A model generated the notes under the pieces. That model worked only from the letters and a program-made list of their open reading frames with translations. It searched no databases and was not told where the DNA came from. 64,000 bases of DNA, from positions 4,264 through 68,263 of the forward strand of contig MGJB01000015.1 in NCBI GenBank assembly GCA_001794055.1. The letters are read 5' to 3'. Both the position numbers and the translations under genes were made by a program. Source of the DNA: Candidatus Yanofskybacteria bacterium RIFCSPHIGHO2_01_FULL_41_26 (GTDB lineage: Bacteria > Patescibacteriota > Minisyncoccia > 2-02-FULL-40-12 > GWA2-44-9). The first letter of the stretch is position 1; each line of letters opens with the position of its first letter. Positions 55,372 to 64,000 of this stretch are shown here, piece by piece.

Positions 55372-56451
55372 GCCCCACAGTATCTTGTCGGGTTGTAGGC
55401 GGTTAAATTGTTAAATACATTATAACCAAATAGGGTAATTTTTCAATGAGTGGAATCTGGGCATCAGAAAATAAAATACTTGAACTTATTGCCCAAAAAT
55501 GTTATAATGTAAGAGTAGGCTTCTGGGAATACTCCCAAGGGGTCTGTGAGAACTCAAAAACGATAGTAGGTTGCACTAGCCCATCAGAGTTTCATTGGTT
55601 AAGCACTGATTGCTAGTATTATTTCTCCCATTGGGTTAGGCAAAAATCCAATGAAACTCCCCAGTGAGAGGAATAATGAAAGTAATCAGTGTTTTTATTT
55701 GGTTCAGCAAGGGTTCTGATGAAGATAAATTAATATTCCAAAATAGAGCAATCGAGCAGGGCAACAGTTCAACTACTGACCCTGGAAACTAAGGAGCATA
55801 AGACCTTACTACAATCCTTAGGGCGTGTTTTATAGGGTTTTGAGCAGAGAGGACTACAGATGAGAAACTCTCAAAGGCGGTATCGGGCACCTATCGCCAA
55901 GACTTGAAATAAAAGGCGGCAAAATGGAATGCTGGTTAGCCAGTAATTCAAATTAGCAAACTTATATAGTTACTAAAGCGAATCTGCAGTAGGCACACAC
56001 GACATTAAAGAAGGAGTGATGTGTGGGGCAGGATAAGGAGGAAACTACAAAGCATCTGATTATATTATTTAATTATTTTAATTCTGCATGACGACAGTAT
56101 AGGATTGGCATCTGGAATGTGGGCTTTTTTAAGAGCTGGACATGCCCGAGTCGCTTCGCAGGCTCCAGCCCTGAAGCGAAGCCCTACGAGGGCAGTCAGC
56201 GAGGACGTGTCCGAGATGAGACAGCCCGCCACATGTAGAGGGCGGCTTTTATATCACGACTCAACCTTATGCTGACGACATACTACCATTTGGAGTTTAA
56301 CTACTAGAACAAAACCTATCATAGGTTGCGAAATGTATGCCCAATATGGCTACTACTATAAACCTCGTATAAACAAAGAAAATAAGCGCATTTTTACTGA
56401 GTTTCTTCCGTAATATTGGGTTGTCATCTATTTGAATAGTTTCTTGGTGAG

Positions 56452-56688
56452 TTGTTGGTTGTTAGAATTAAGGTACCGCTGGAAGGCGGTTTTATGTTAT
56501 CAAAAAACGCATTACAAGAATTCAAGATTGTTTGGAAAGAAGAATTTGGCGAAGACTTGCCAGATAACTTAGCCCTTGAGGAAGGGGTCAATCTTCTAAC
56601 TCTACTCGACCAGATTTATCGTCCCGTCAAAAAAGAATGGATGGATGAAAAGGACAAGAGTGATTTTCCAGATTTACCCGCCCCTTAA
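56452..56688 (+). CDS. Small protein upstream of integrase (possible recombination directionality factor; speculative)
   Basis: 78 aa acidic ORF in integrase orientation. Confidence 0.3.
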   Translation: MLVVRIKVPLEGGFMLSKNALQEFKIVWKEEFGEDLPDNLALEEGVNLLTLLDQIYRPVKKEWMDEKDKSDFPDLPAP

Positions 56689-56794
56689 AAGAGTTTTGGC
56701 TGTATTTAGTTAACTTTAATTTTAAGCCAATTTTCCTTTGTATTCTCAGGTTATTTAAGGTAAAATGATAGTATAAAGCGAGTGGCAACCTAAC

Positions 56795-58540
56795 GTGAAA
56801 AACACATTAAACAATAAAGAAATAACCTACTTTCTATATTGCCGAAAGTCTACAGATGAAAAAGATAGACAGGTTTTAAGTTTAGACTCTCAAGAATCAG
56901 AGTCTCTAAAGAGATTTACCGACTTGAAGATTAAAAAATTGCCCAGAGAATCTGTGAGTGCCTTTGAGCCATACAAGCGACCAGTTTTTGCGGATATGAT
57001 TGAGCGCATTAAAAAAGGAGAAGCCCAAGGTATTGTTGCCTGGCATCCTGACCGACTTTCCCGAAATCCTATTGAGGCTGCCCAAATCATCTATTTACTG
57101 GACATAGGAGTCTTAAAGGATTTGAAATTTTGTAATTATTACTTTGACAATTCACCAGAAGGTAAAATGATGCTCCAAATTACTTTATCTCAATCAAAAT
57201 ACTCTTCAGATAAGTTAAGCGGAGATGTTAAGAGGGGTATAGATAAAAAGGTTGACCTTGGGTGGCGACCAGGATTAGCCCCATTAGGATATCTCAACAG
57301 CAAAACCCAAGCCAAAGGAGAACAGTTTGTCTATAATGACCCTTTGAGATTCGAGACTGTTAAGAAAGTCCTCAAGACAATGCTCACTGGTAATTTTACT
57401 GCTCCGAAGCTACTCAAGTATGCTAATGACGAACTTTGCTTGCGTCTTCCAGCGACTAAAAAGCGCCCCGAAAGAAAGTTAAGAATCAGCCACCTTTATC
57501 GAATTCTAACTAACCCATTTTACTATGGCTGGTATGAGTGGGTAGCAGGTAGTGGTAACTGGGTTCAAGGCAAGCACGAGGCAATGATTACAGAAGCAGA
57601 ATTTGACCGCATACAATTTCTGTTGGGCAGAAAAGGTAGACCACGCCCCAAAACCCATAAATTCGCTTTTACGGGCATTATGAAGTGCTCTTGTGGGGCA
57701 GGCATCACTGCGGAGGAAAAGTTTAAGAGGCAAAAGAATGGAAATACCCACCACTATATCTACTATCATTGTACCAGAAAAGTTAATCCCGAATGTATTG
57801 AAAAAGCAGTTGAATTAAAGGAATTAACAAGGCAGGTGAATGTCATTCTTGGTAGATTTACAATATCTGACCGTTTTCAGAAATGGGCGTTAAAGTATCT
57901 GCACGAATTAAGAAAAAAGGAAGCTACCGTCAGAGAGCAATCTATTAGTGCCAAGCATCGAGAGTACGAGAGGATAACGACTCAACTAGATAATTTAGTC
58001 TTAAAATATACATCGCCAGACAACGAGGATGGAAGGATTTTAAGCAATGAAGAATACGTGCCACTCCGTTCTAGGCTACTCAAATATAAATCGGGGTTAG
58101 CCTCAGAATTAGCCCAGCAAGATAAGAAAATTGAGGAATGGGTAGAGTTAACCGAACGAACTTTCAACTTTGCCCGCTACGCCAAGATTTGGTTCGCCAA
58201 AGGAGACTTGGAAACCAAGAAAGCCATATTTTCGTGTTTGGGTTCGGACTTCTTACTAAAAGACCGAAAAGTCGCAGTTAGTATGAGAAAACCTATCAGT
58301 TTTATCTTTGACGGACTTCCGAAAATACAAACTGAACTACAAAGGTTAGAACCTCTTGGAAATGAGATAAACATTAGGGATATTGAAATTTTCTCTCAAC
58401 AATTTCCCATCATGAGCGGGATACGAGAATCGGACTCGTGTCTCAACCTTGGGAAGGTCGCGTATTACCACTATACGAATCCCGCGTTAATACCCAAGCA
58501 CATACCAAAACCATTTTTTATAGTTTGGCATTTTGCTTAA
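56795..58540 (+). CDS. Large serine recombinase (integrase)
   Basis: N-terminal resolvase catalytic motif YCRKSTDEKDRQVLSLDSQE, recombinase domain, Cys-rich zinc-ribbon region (CSCGAG...YYHCTRK). Confidence 0.85.
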   Translation: MKNTLNNKEITYFLYCRKSTDEKDRQVLSLDSQESESLKRFTDLKIKKLPRESVSAFEPYKRPVFADMIERIKKGEAQGIVAWHPDRLSRNPIEAAQIIYLLDIGVLKDLKFCNYYFDNSPEGKMMLQITLSQSKYSSDKLSGDVKRGIDKKVDLGWRPGLAPLGYLNSKTQAKGEQFVYNDPLRFETVKKVLKTMLTGNFTAPKLLKYANDELCLRLPATKKRPERKLRISHLYRILTNPFYYGWYEWVAGSGNWVQGKHEAMITEAEFDRIQFLLGRKGRPRPKTHKFAFTGIMKCSCGAGITAEEKFKRQKNGNTHHYIYYHCTRKVNPECIEKAVELKELTRQVNVILGRFTISDRFQKWALKYLHELRKKEATVREQSISAKHREYERITTQLDNLVLKYTSPDNEDGRILSNEEYVPLRSRLLKYKSGLASELAQQDKKIEEWVELTERTFNFARYAKIWFAKGDLETKKAIFSCLGSDFLLKDRKVAVSMRKPISFIFDGLPKIQTELQRLEPLGNEINIRDIEIFSQQFPIMSGIRESDSCLNLGKVAYYHYTNPALIPKHIPKPFFIVWHFA

Positions 58541-58858
58541 CAGCTCTTCAAAATTTATTGGATCAGATTCTTTTTTCACATTCTTATCTCTATATACAAA
58601 AACCACTTCCTCGCCTTGGACTTTATAATTTAACTTCAAACGGGCTTCTTTTTCAAGGAAAGCCGGAGTTTGAAAATAATTCAAAAATTTATTAAGATAG
58701 TCGGTATCGTTTTGAACTTCTTTTATCTTGGTTTCGATATTTTTAACTTCGCCATCAATCATGCTCCTTTGAGAACCAATATTTATCGAGGAAAGGGTCA
58801 GCCACAAAACAAGAATACCGGACAAAACAGTAAATATTTTGGAATTTAGAAATTTCAT
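58487..58858 (-). CDS. ftsB: Septum formation initiator FtsB/DivIC family
   Basis: N-terminal TM, coiled coil, KEARLKLNYKVQGEEVVFV conserved motif. Confidence 0.7.
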   Translation of the reverse strand: MKFLNSKIFTVLSGILVLWLTLSSINIGSQRSMIDGEVKNIETKIKEVQNDTDYLNKFLNYFQTPAFLEKEARLKLNYKVQGEEVVFVYRDKNVKKESDPINFEELLSKMPNYKKWFWYVLGY

Positions 58859-59215
58859 GCTAACATTCTAACATGTTAAATCGAAAAACAATTAGAATAA
58901 TTTGGATACTTATATCAATCTTGGTTTCCTTGTCCATGGTCGGATTCCTCCTCGTCCCAGCATTTTATTAAGTATAACAAAAACTTCTCGGCCATACAGA
59001 TCAAGCTCCACCCCTCCCCATTTCCGACCTATTGCCTGCGCCTTCGGTCTCCTTCGGACAAAGAAGCGAAATTACCATTATGGCGAAGCGCTCATGGTAA
59101 TTTCCGTACATCCGTCAGCTCTTTTGTCGTATCGCGAAGATGTGATGAAGATGGGGGTTGGATGGGAGCGAAATATGAAACGGGGCTGAAACAAGATGCT
59201 GGGCGGAGCAAAATC

Positions 59216-61015
59216 CTACCTCTTCAACATCTTCAGAAAAACATCCTGGCCCAGATTGACTCGGCCGGTTTCTTTCATGCGTTCTTTGCCCCGTTTCTGC
59301 TTCTTCCACAATTTCATCCGACGGGTAATGTCGCCACCATACATGTGCTGGGTAACGTCTTTTTGTTTCGCCCGGATTGATTCGGCAGCAATAACCTTGC
59401 CGCCGATAGCCGCTTGGATGGAAACCTCGAACATCTGCGGCGGTACCACTTCTTTTAATTTTGTGACCATAGCCCGGCCTTCCTGGTAGGCCTTTTCTTT
59501 CGGAATTATTCTTGAAAACGGCTCCACCATATCTTTGGCTATCAAAATATCAAGCCGGATCAAGTCGCCTTCCTGCATATTTTTTGGTTCATAACTCATT
59601 GAAGCATATCCGGAAGAGACGCTTTTAAGTTTGTCGTAAAAATCAGTAATAACTTCTGACAAAGGCATCTCATATTTCAATAAAGCTGTTTCCTTACCCA
59701 AGTAGTCCGTTCCTTTATACACGTTTCTAAGGGTGGATATAAGTTCCATAACGCTACCCATATAAATGGTTGGCGTGAGTACTTCAAGAAAAACTATCGG
59801 CTCAGCGATTGATTTAATTCCAGAAAAATCAGGAAGCATTGAAGCAGAACGGACTTTTAATTCTTCACTATTCTGCATTCTCACGGCATATTCCACAGAT
59901 GGAGAAGAAATTATGAGAGAAAGACCAAATTCTCTTTTCAAGCGTTCGGAAATTATTTCCACATGAAGCATGCCCAAGAAACCAAGACGAAATCCCCGCC
60001 CCAATCCGACGGATGACTCCGGTTCATAAATTAAAGAGGCATCGGTTAATTTAAGTTTACTTAAAGCATCTTTTAATAAATCATGGTCCTCGCTTTTTTC
60101 GGGAAAGAAACTGGCAAAAACCATCGGCCGCGGTTCTTTATATCCCGGCAACGGCTTAAATTCCTTATACAAGGTTAAACCTTGTAAATTAGTCACGGTA
60201 TCTCCAACACGAATCTGTCCCGGATCTTTCAATCCGGTGGCAATATAACCAATCTCCCCCGATGACATGCCAATGTCCGAAGCAGTAAGATTAGGAGAGA
60301 AATAACCAGTCTCAAGAACATCGATTTTTACTTTAGTGGCAAAGGCCATTATTTTGTCTCCTTTTTTTATTGAGCCCTCAAACACTCTGACAAAAGCAAT
60401 GACGCCTTTATAAGCATCAAAAGTGGAGTCAAAAATTAAAGCTTTCAAAATATTTGGAGGTTGAACCTCTTTCGGAGGTTCAACCTCCGTAACGATTCTT
60501 TCCAAAACTTGTTCAACATTAGTTCCATTTTTTGCGGAAACCTCCAAAACATCTTCAGGTTCAATGGCTAATAAATATGCTAATTCTTCTTTAACCTGTC
60601 CTGTTCTAGCATTTGGCAAATCAATCTTATTCAAAACAGGAATTATTTTCAGGCCCTGTTGTTGAGCCAAATGAAGATTAGCCAAAGTTTGAGCTTGGAC
60701 ACCCTTGGAAGCATCTACGAGCAATATTGCCCCCTCAACTGCTGCCAAAGAACGCGATACTTCATAAGAAAAATCCACATGCCCGGGAGTGTCAATCAAA
60801 TTTAGAGTATAGTCAGTAGAATGTAGTGAGTAGCGCATCCTGACCGGCTGAAGCTTGATAGTAATTCCCCTTTCTCTCTCCAATTCCATAGTGTCCAAAT
60901 ATTGCTCACGCATTTTTCTTTTCTCAACTGTTTTTGTCAATTCTAAAAATCTATCGGCAAGAGTCGACTTTCCATGGTCTACATGGGCAATTATACAAAA
61001 GTTTCTTATGTTCAT
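59216..61015 (-). CDS. lepA: Elongation factor 4 (LepA)
   Basis: MNIRNFCIIAHVDHGKSTL..., LepA C-terminal domain. Confidence 0.96.
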   Translation of the reverse strand: MNIRNFCIIAHVDHGKSTLADRFLELTKTVEKRKMREQYLDTMELERERGITIKLQPVRMRYSLHSTDYTLNLIDTPGHVDFSYEVSRSLAAVEGAILLVDASKGVQAQTLANLHLAQQQGLKIIPVLNKIDLPNARTGQVKEELAYLLAIEPEDVLEVSAKNGTNVEQVLERIVTEVEPPKEVQPPNILKALIFDSTFDAYKGVIAFVRVFEGSIKKGDKIMAFATKVKIDVLETGYFSPNLTASDIGMSSGEIGYIATGLKDPGQIRVGDTVTNLQGLTLYKEFKPLPGYKEPRPMVFASFFPEKSEDHDLLKDALSKLKLTDASLIYEPESSVGLGRGFRLGFLGMLHVEIISERLKREFGLSLIISSPSVEYAVRMQNSEELKVRSASMLPDFSGIKSIAEPIVFLEVLTPTIYMGSVMELISTLRNVYKGTDYLGKETALLKYEMPLSEVITDFYDKLKSVSSGYASMSYEPKNMQEGDLIRLDILIAKDMVEPFSRIIPKEKAYQEGRAMVTKLKEVVPPQMFEVSIQAAIGGKVIAAESIRAKQKDVTQHMYGGDITRRMKLWKKQKRGKERMKETGRVNLGQDVFLKMLKR

Positions 61016-61249
61016 TTAGTAAAAGGGCAGGTCCTGGTCTTTGGGTTTCTTTTTTATCTCCTCGAGTTTGTCTCTGCATTTTTTACAAAAGGCAAAGTGT
61101 TTATTGCTTTCAACAACCAAATCTCTCTCGAGTTTTTCATTTTTTTGTGCATCAGCCATATTCTCAAGAAAAGCTTCTGACAAATGGCCAGTTTCAAAAA
61201 TTCTTGAAGTGTCAATAATACCTGCTTTTTCTTCAATGCTCAAACGCAT
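61016..61249 (-). CDS. Hypothetical small protein (77 aa) with CxxC
   Basis: ORF abuts lepA start and overlaps murJ end. Confidence 0.4.
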   Translation of the reverse strand: MRLSIEEKAGIIDTSRIFETGHLSEAFLENMADAQKNEKLERDLVVESNKHFAFCKKCRDKLEEIKKKPKDQDLPFY

Positions 61250-62786
61250 TTTTTATCTTTCTTATTAAAAATTCCCTCTCGCCAATCTTCAAAATACTTG
61301 AGAAAACAGCAAAAGTCAATATGCCAATGAATGAAAGCGTAATTATCTGATACAAACTTCCGAGGAAATTCAGGTCAAAATTTATGAATATATCGGCTAG
61401 GGTCATGATAAGTATCATTATCACGCAGATGTAAAGTAATTTTAGTAAATAAATACCAATTTCTTTAAGAGGTAACGCTCTTAAATCATATTTCAAGAAA
61501 GCCAACAGAATTAGCGCATTCAGGATGCCGGCCAATGAAAAAGCCAAAGGTAAGGCAAATATACTAAGACTCGGGAACAAATACCGAGCAAAGAAAATAT
61601 TAGCCGCCACTCCGGCGATACTGGCTATCACAGGAGTAAGTGTTTTTTGCATGGCATAGAGAGATCTCGCCAAGAAAGGAATGATACTTTGGGCAACAAC
61701 TCCGAGCATGAAAAATCCAAGGACATTTCCAGTCAACTGCATATCTCTGGGTCCGAACAATCCCGAACCAAGAACAATTTGTATCAGGTCTGTTCTTAAA
61801 TACACCATCAAAAATGAGATGGGCAAGATAATGAACAAAATTTTTCGCAATGTTTTGTTGATCCTTTCCACAAATAGAGTTCTGTCCTCTTCAAGCGCCT
61901 GACGGGAAAGGGTCGGAAATGAAGCCACTGCCGTCGAAATGCCGACCAACGAAATCGGCAGATATTGAAAATTATTGGCAAAATTCAAAACTGCCACACT
62001 CCCTGCCGATATGGTAGTAGCCAAGGCATTTAATATCATCCAGTTGATTTGAACCGCCGCCAAGCCGATTGTTCTCGGAATCATCAATTTAAGAATCTTC
62101 CGCATTCCGGCATCACTAAATCCCCACACTTTTTTCCATTTAAAGCCAAGCCCTCTTAATGCCGGTAACTGAACGAGAAGGTGGAGCAAAACGCCAAAGA
62201 CCACACCTTCAGCCAAACCAAGCGGTCCGAATTTCGGAACTAGAAAAATAGCACCGAAAATTATCCCCAGATTGTACATTATTGGGGCAAGGGCATACGC
62301 CAAAAATCTGTGGAAGACCTGGAGAATCGAACCGATAACAACGCTTACAGACAGAATCATGGGGCTAAAAAGCATTACTCTAGTAAAAAGAATCGTAAGT
62401 TCTCTTTTCTCTGGAGAAAATCCCGGAGCGATAAGCCGAATAAGCCAAGGAGCAAACATAAACATCACTCCGGCTGTCATGGCCATAATAGCGACTAGAA
62501 TGTTAAGAAAATTATTGGCCAGATCCCATTCTTCACCATCTTTCTTTGACTGATATTCTATAAAAACAGGAATAAAAGCTGATGTCACAGCTCCGATAAT
62601 TAAAAGGTTGAAAATAAGATCAGGGATATTAAAAGAAACATAATAAACATCCAGCAAATCCGAGGCTCCAAAACGAGAAGCTAATATCCTGTCCCTCAAT
62701 ACCCCCAGAACCCTGGAAAGTAAACCTAAAAAGGCGAGCATCGTGCTCGCCCCCAGCAAGGTTTTAGATTGTCGAGTCAGTATCAT
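61233..62786 (-). CDS. murJ: Lipid II flippase MurJ
   Basis: 517 aa, ~14 TM, MurJ/MviN N-terminal motif (RDRILASRFGASDLLDVYYVSFNIP). Confidence 0.9.
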   Translation of the reverse strand: MILTRQSKTLLGASTMLAFLGLLSRVLGVLRDRILASRFGASDLLDVYYVSFNIPDLIFNLLIIGAVTSAFIPVFIEYQSKKDGEEWDLANNFLNILVAIMAMTAGVMFMFAPWLIRLIAPGFSPEKRELTILFTRVMLFSPMILSVSVVIGSILQVFHRFLAYALAPIMYNLGIIFGAIFLVPKFGPLGLAEGVVFGVLLHLLVQLPALRGLGFKWKKVWGFSDAGMRKILKLMIPRTIGLAAVQINWMILNALATTISAGSVAVLNFANNFQYLPISLVGISTAVASFPTLSRQALEEDRTLFVERINKTLRKILFIILPISFLMVYLRTDLIQIVLGSGLFGPRDMQLTGNVLGFFMLGVVAQSIIPFLARSLYAMQKTLTPVIASIAGVAANIFFARYLFPSLSIFALPLAFSLAGILNALILLAFLKYDLRALPLKEIGIYLLKLLYICVIMILIMTLADIFINFDLNFLGSLYQIITLSFIGILTFAVFSSILKIGEREFLIRKIKNAFEH

Positions 62787-64000
62787 CTCGGACTAATTAT
62801 CATGTCTTTTTCCAATGGTCCGTCATAGTAAGATTTACCATCCATATAAAATTTAAAGTCTTTGACATCCAAACCCGGCTGTTTTTGGATGTATAATTGA
62901 TAGTCCCGGCCAGATGAGGGGACCATGTATTCCAAATCTAGGGTCTTTGTCTCGCCCGGATTTATTATCATCCAGAAACCGTATTCTGTTTTGCCTGCTT
63001 CTTTATAAATGGTCACGCCAGTTTCCTTATCGGTGTAGCTTTCCTCCTCAAACTTAGAGAGATCTTCATCTTTTTTGAAACCGGATTCAGTGTAGTCTAT
63101 CAATGGCTTAAATTCCGGCCTTGAATTACCGGTCAAACCGGTAAATTCAGAATCTTCCGGAACCAAAACTCTTATATAGGTCGGGTTTTGCTTGTTATAG
63201 AATCCATACTCGCTATTTCCTCCATTGTGCGTGCGAGTTATAGAAACATCATGCTTTACATTTCCATTTTCGGTGGTAGTTTGCACTTTCAGGAATGAGT
63301 CCATGACTAGATCGGTTTTAGATCCTTTCACGTTGCTGAAAGTAACCATGAGATAATCCGAATCGATATTTTTTACTTGGCCGGAAAATCCTTTATCCAC
63401 CGAAAAACTTTCTAAATTAAGATCTCGGAAATACATCAGAATATCCTTCCTTTCCATGCTTGATACCAACAAATTAAAAATTTCCAGCCACTTGCTCGAC
63501 TCAGCCGAGTACAGCTTTTCCAGCATACGAGGCGCAAGATCCACGATTATCTGCTTAGGCTGTTTGCGGTCTCCCTTATACTCAACTTCTTCTTGAAGAG
63601 AGGAAAATAAATTGCCTGAATCCAGAGTCAAATCATATTTGGTCATTTCAACAGGGCCGACAATATCCAGAATCTGGGCAACAATCTGGGGATTGAAAGT
63701 TATCACCCCATCAACCTCATAACCGGCTTCTTTTTTGAAAAAGGTGGTTATTTTTCTGGCCGATGTGGGAAAATCAATAAACCAATTTGCGTCCCTCATT
63801 CCCCAATTCGGAGTGATATGTTGAAGTTGAATCGGTGGAACGATAAGCTCCTGAAGCTGGCCATCTAGATTATAAACATCGTCAACTTTTAAATCTTGGA
63901 GCTTTCCATCCTTGAATGTAACTACCCCATAAGTTCCCGGAAAACCGCCGGTCGGCCTTAACTCCGAAGGATTCTGGAATAATATCAAATATTTTTTTAT
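62783..64000 (-). CDS. Hypothetical protein (possibly DUF4012-like), 5' end beyond window
   Basis: Reading frame stays open to window end (track start at 63988 is TTG); LRPTGGFPGTYG motif. Confidence 0.55.
   Translation of the reverse strand: MKKYLILFQNPSELRPTGGFPGTYGVVTFKDGKLQDLKVDDVYNLDGQLQELIVPPIQLQHITPNWGMRDANWFIDFPTSARKITTFFKKEAGYEVDGVITFNPQIVAQILDIVGPVEMTKYDLTLDSGNLFSSLQEEVEYKGDRKQPKQIIVDLAPRMLEKLYSAESSKWLEIFNLLVSSMERKDILMYFRDLNLESFSVDKGFSGQVKNIDSDYLMVTFSNVKGSKTDLVMDSFLKVQTTTENGNVKHDVSITRTHNGGNSEYGFYNKQNPTYIRVLVPEDSEFTGLTGNSRPEFKPLIDYTESGFKKDEDLSKFEEESYTDKETGVTIYKEAGKTEYGFWMIINPGETKTLDLEYMVPSSGRDYQLYIQKQPGLDVKDFKFYMDGKSYYDGPLEKDMIISPR

Larger units (their letters stand above)
50561..58540. 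mobile_element. Putative integrated island, bounded by tRNA-Thr on the left and ending in a large serine recombinase on the right, with AT-rich defence-like cargo
   Basis: tRNA at left edge, serine recombinase at right edge converging into host ftsB-like gene, lower GC cargo, 1-kb ORF-free region; exact att sites not determined. Confidence 0.55.

Noticed and set aside
1-64000. CRISPR arrays
   Set aside because: No regularly spaced direct repeats with unique spacers. The repeats present are hairpin-type dispersed elements or protein-coding tandem tails.

Overview
This 64 kb window comes from a compact genome of about 40% GC; the gene content looks CPR/Patescibacteria-like, but that assignment is a low-to-moderate-confidence inference. 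Almost all genes lie on the minus strand.

Core content:
- The S10/spc ribosomal cluster, rplC through rpsE. L24 carries a C-terminal zinc ribbon, S14 is the Zn (type Z) form, and no L30, L15 or secY lies within the window.
- A str operon (rpsL, rpsG, fusA, tuf, rpsJ) that is interrupted three times by insertions of small ORFs and GC-rich hairpin repeats.
- Cell-division and envelope genes: ftsZ, ftsA, ftsE, ftsX, ftsH, an FtsB-like gene and murJ.
- Other housekeeping genes: hisS, lepB, pth, ndk, lepA, ybeY, rpsU, rpmB, a class II ribonucleotide reductase, and an N-terminally truncated RF2-like release factor.
- tRNA-Pro(GGG), tRNA-Gln(CUG) and tRNA-Thr(CGU).

Accessory content:
- A DNA-uptake block: ComEC, a secreted HNH nuclease, a secreted beta-rich protein with a CXXCH motif, and an AAA ATPase.
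- A duplicated LemA/TPM cluster.
- An AT-rich cargo region next to tRNA-Gln carrying a 2H phosphoesterase and a methyltransferase operon.
- An island of about 8 kb, bounded by tRNA-Thr on one side and ending in a large serine recombinase on the other. The island carries a Pycsar-like locus of two class III nucleotidyl cyclases in tandem with a multi-TM effector-like protein between them, plus a further small membrane protein. This tandem dual-cyclase arrangement is the most notable candidate for an undescribed defence system in the window.

Other points of interest: a roughly 2 kb insertion between rpsJ and rplC with conserved ends and a divergent middle, which also carries a second copy of the S10 tail that differs only synonymously; and a dispersed family of two-hairpin GC-rich repeats whose stems covary.
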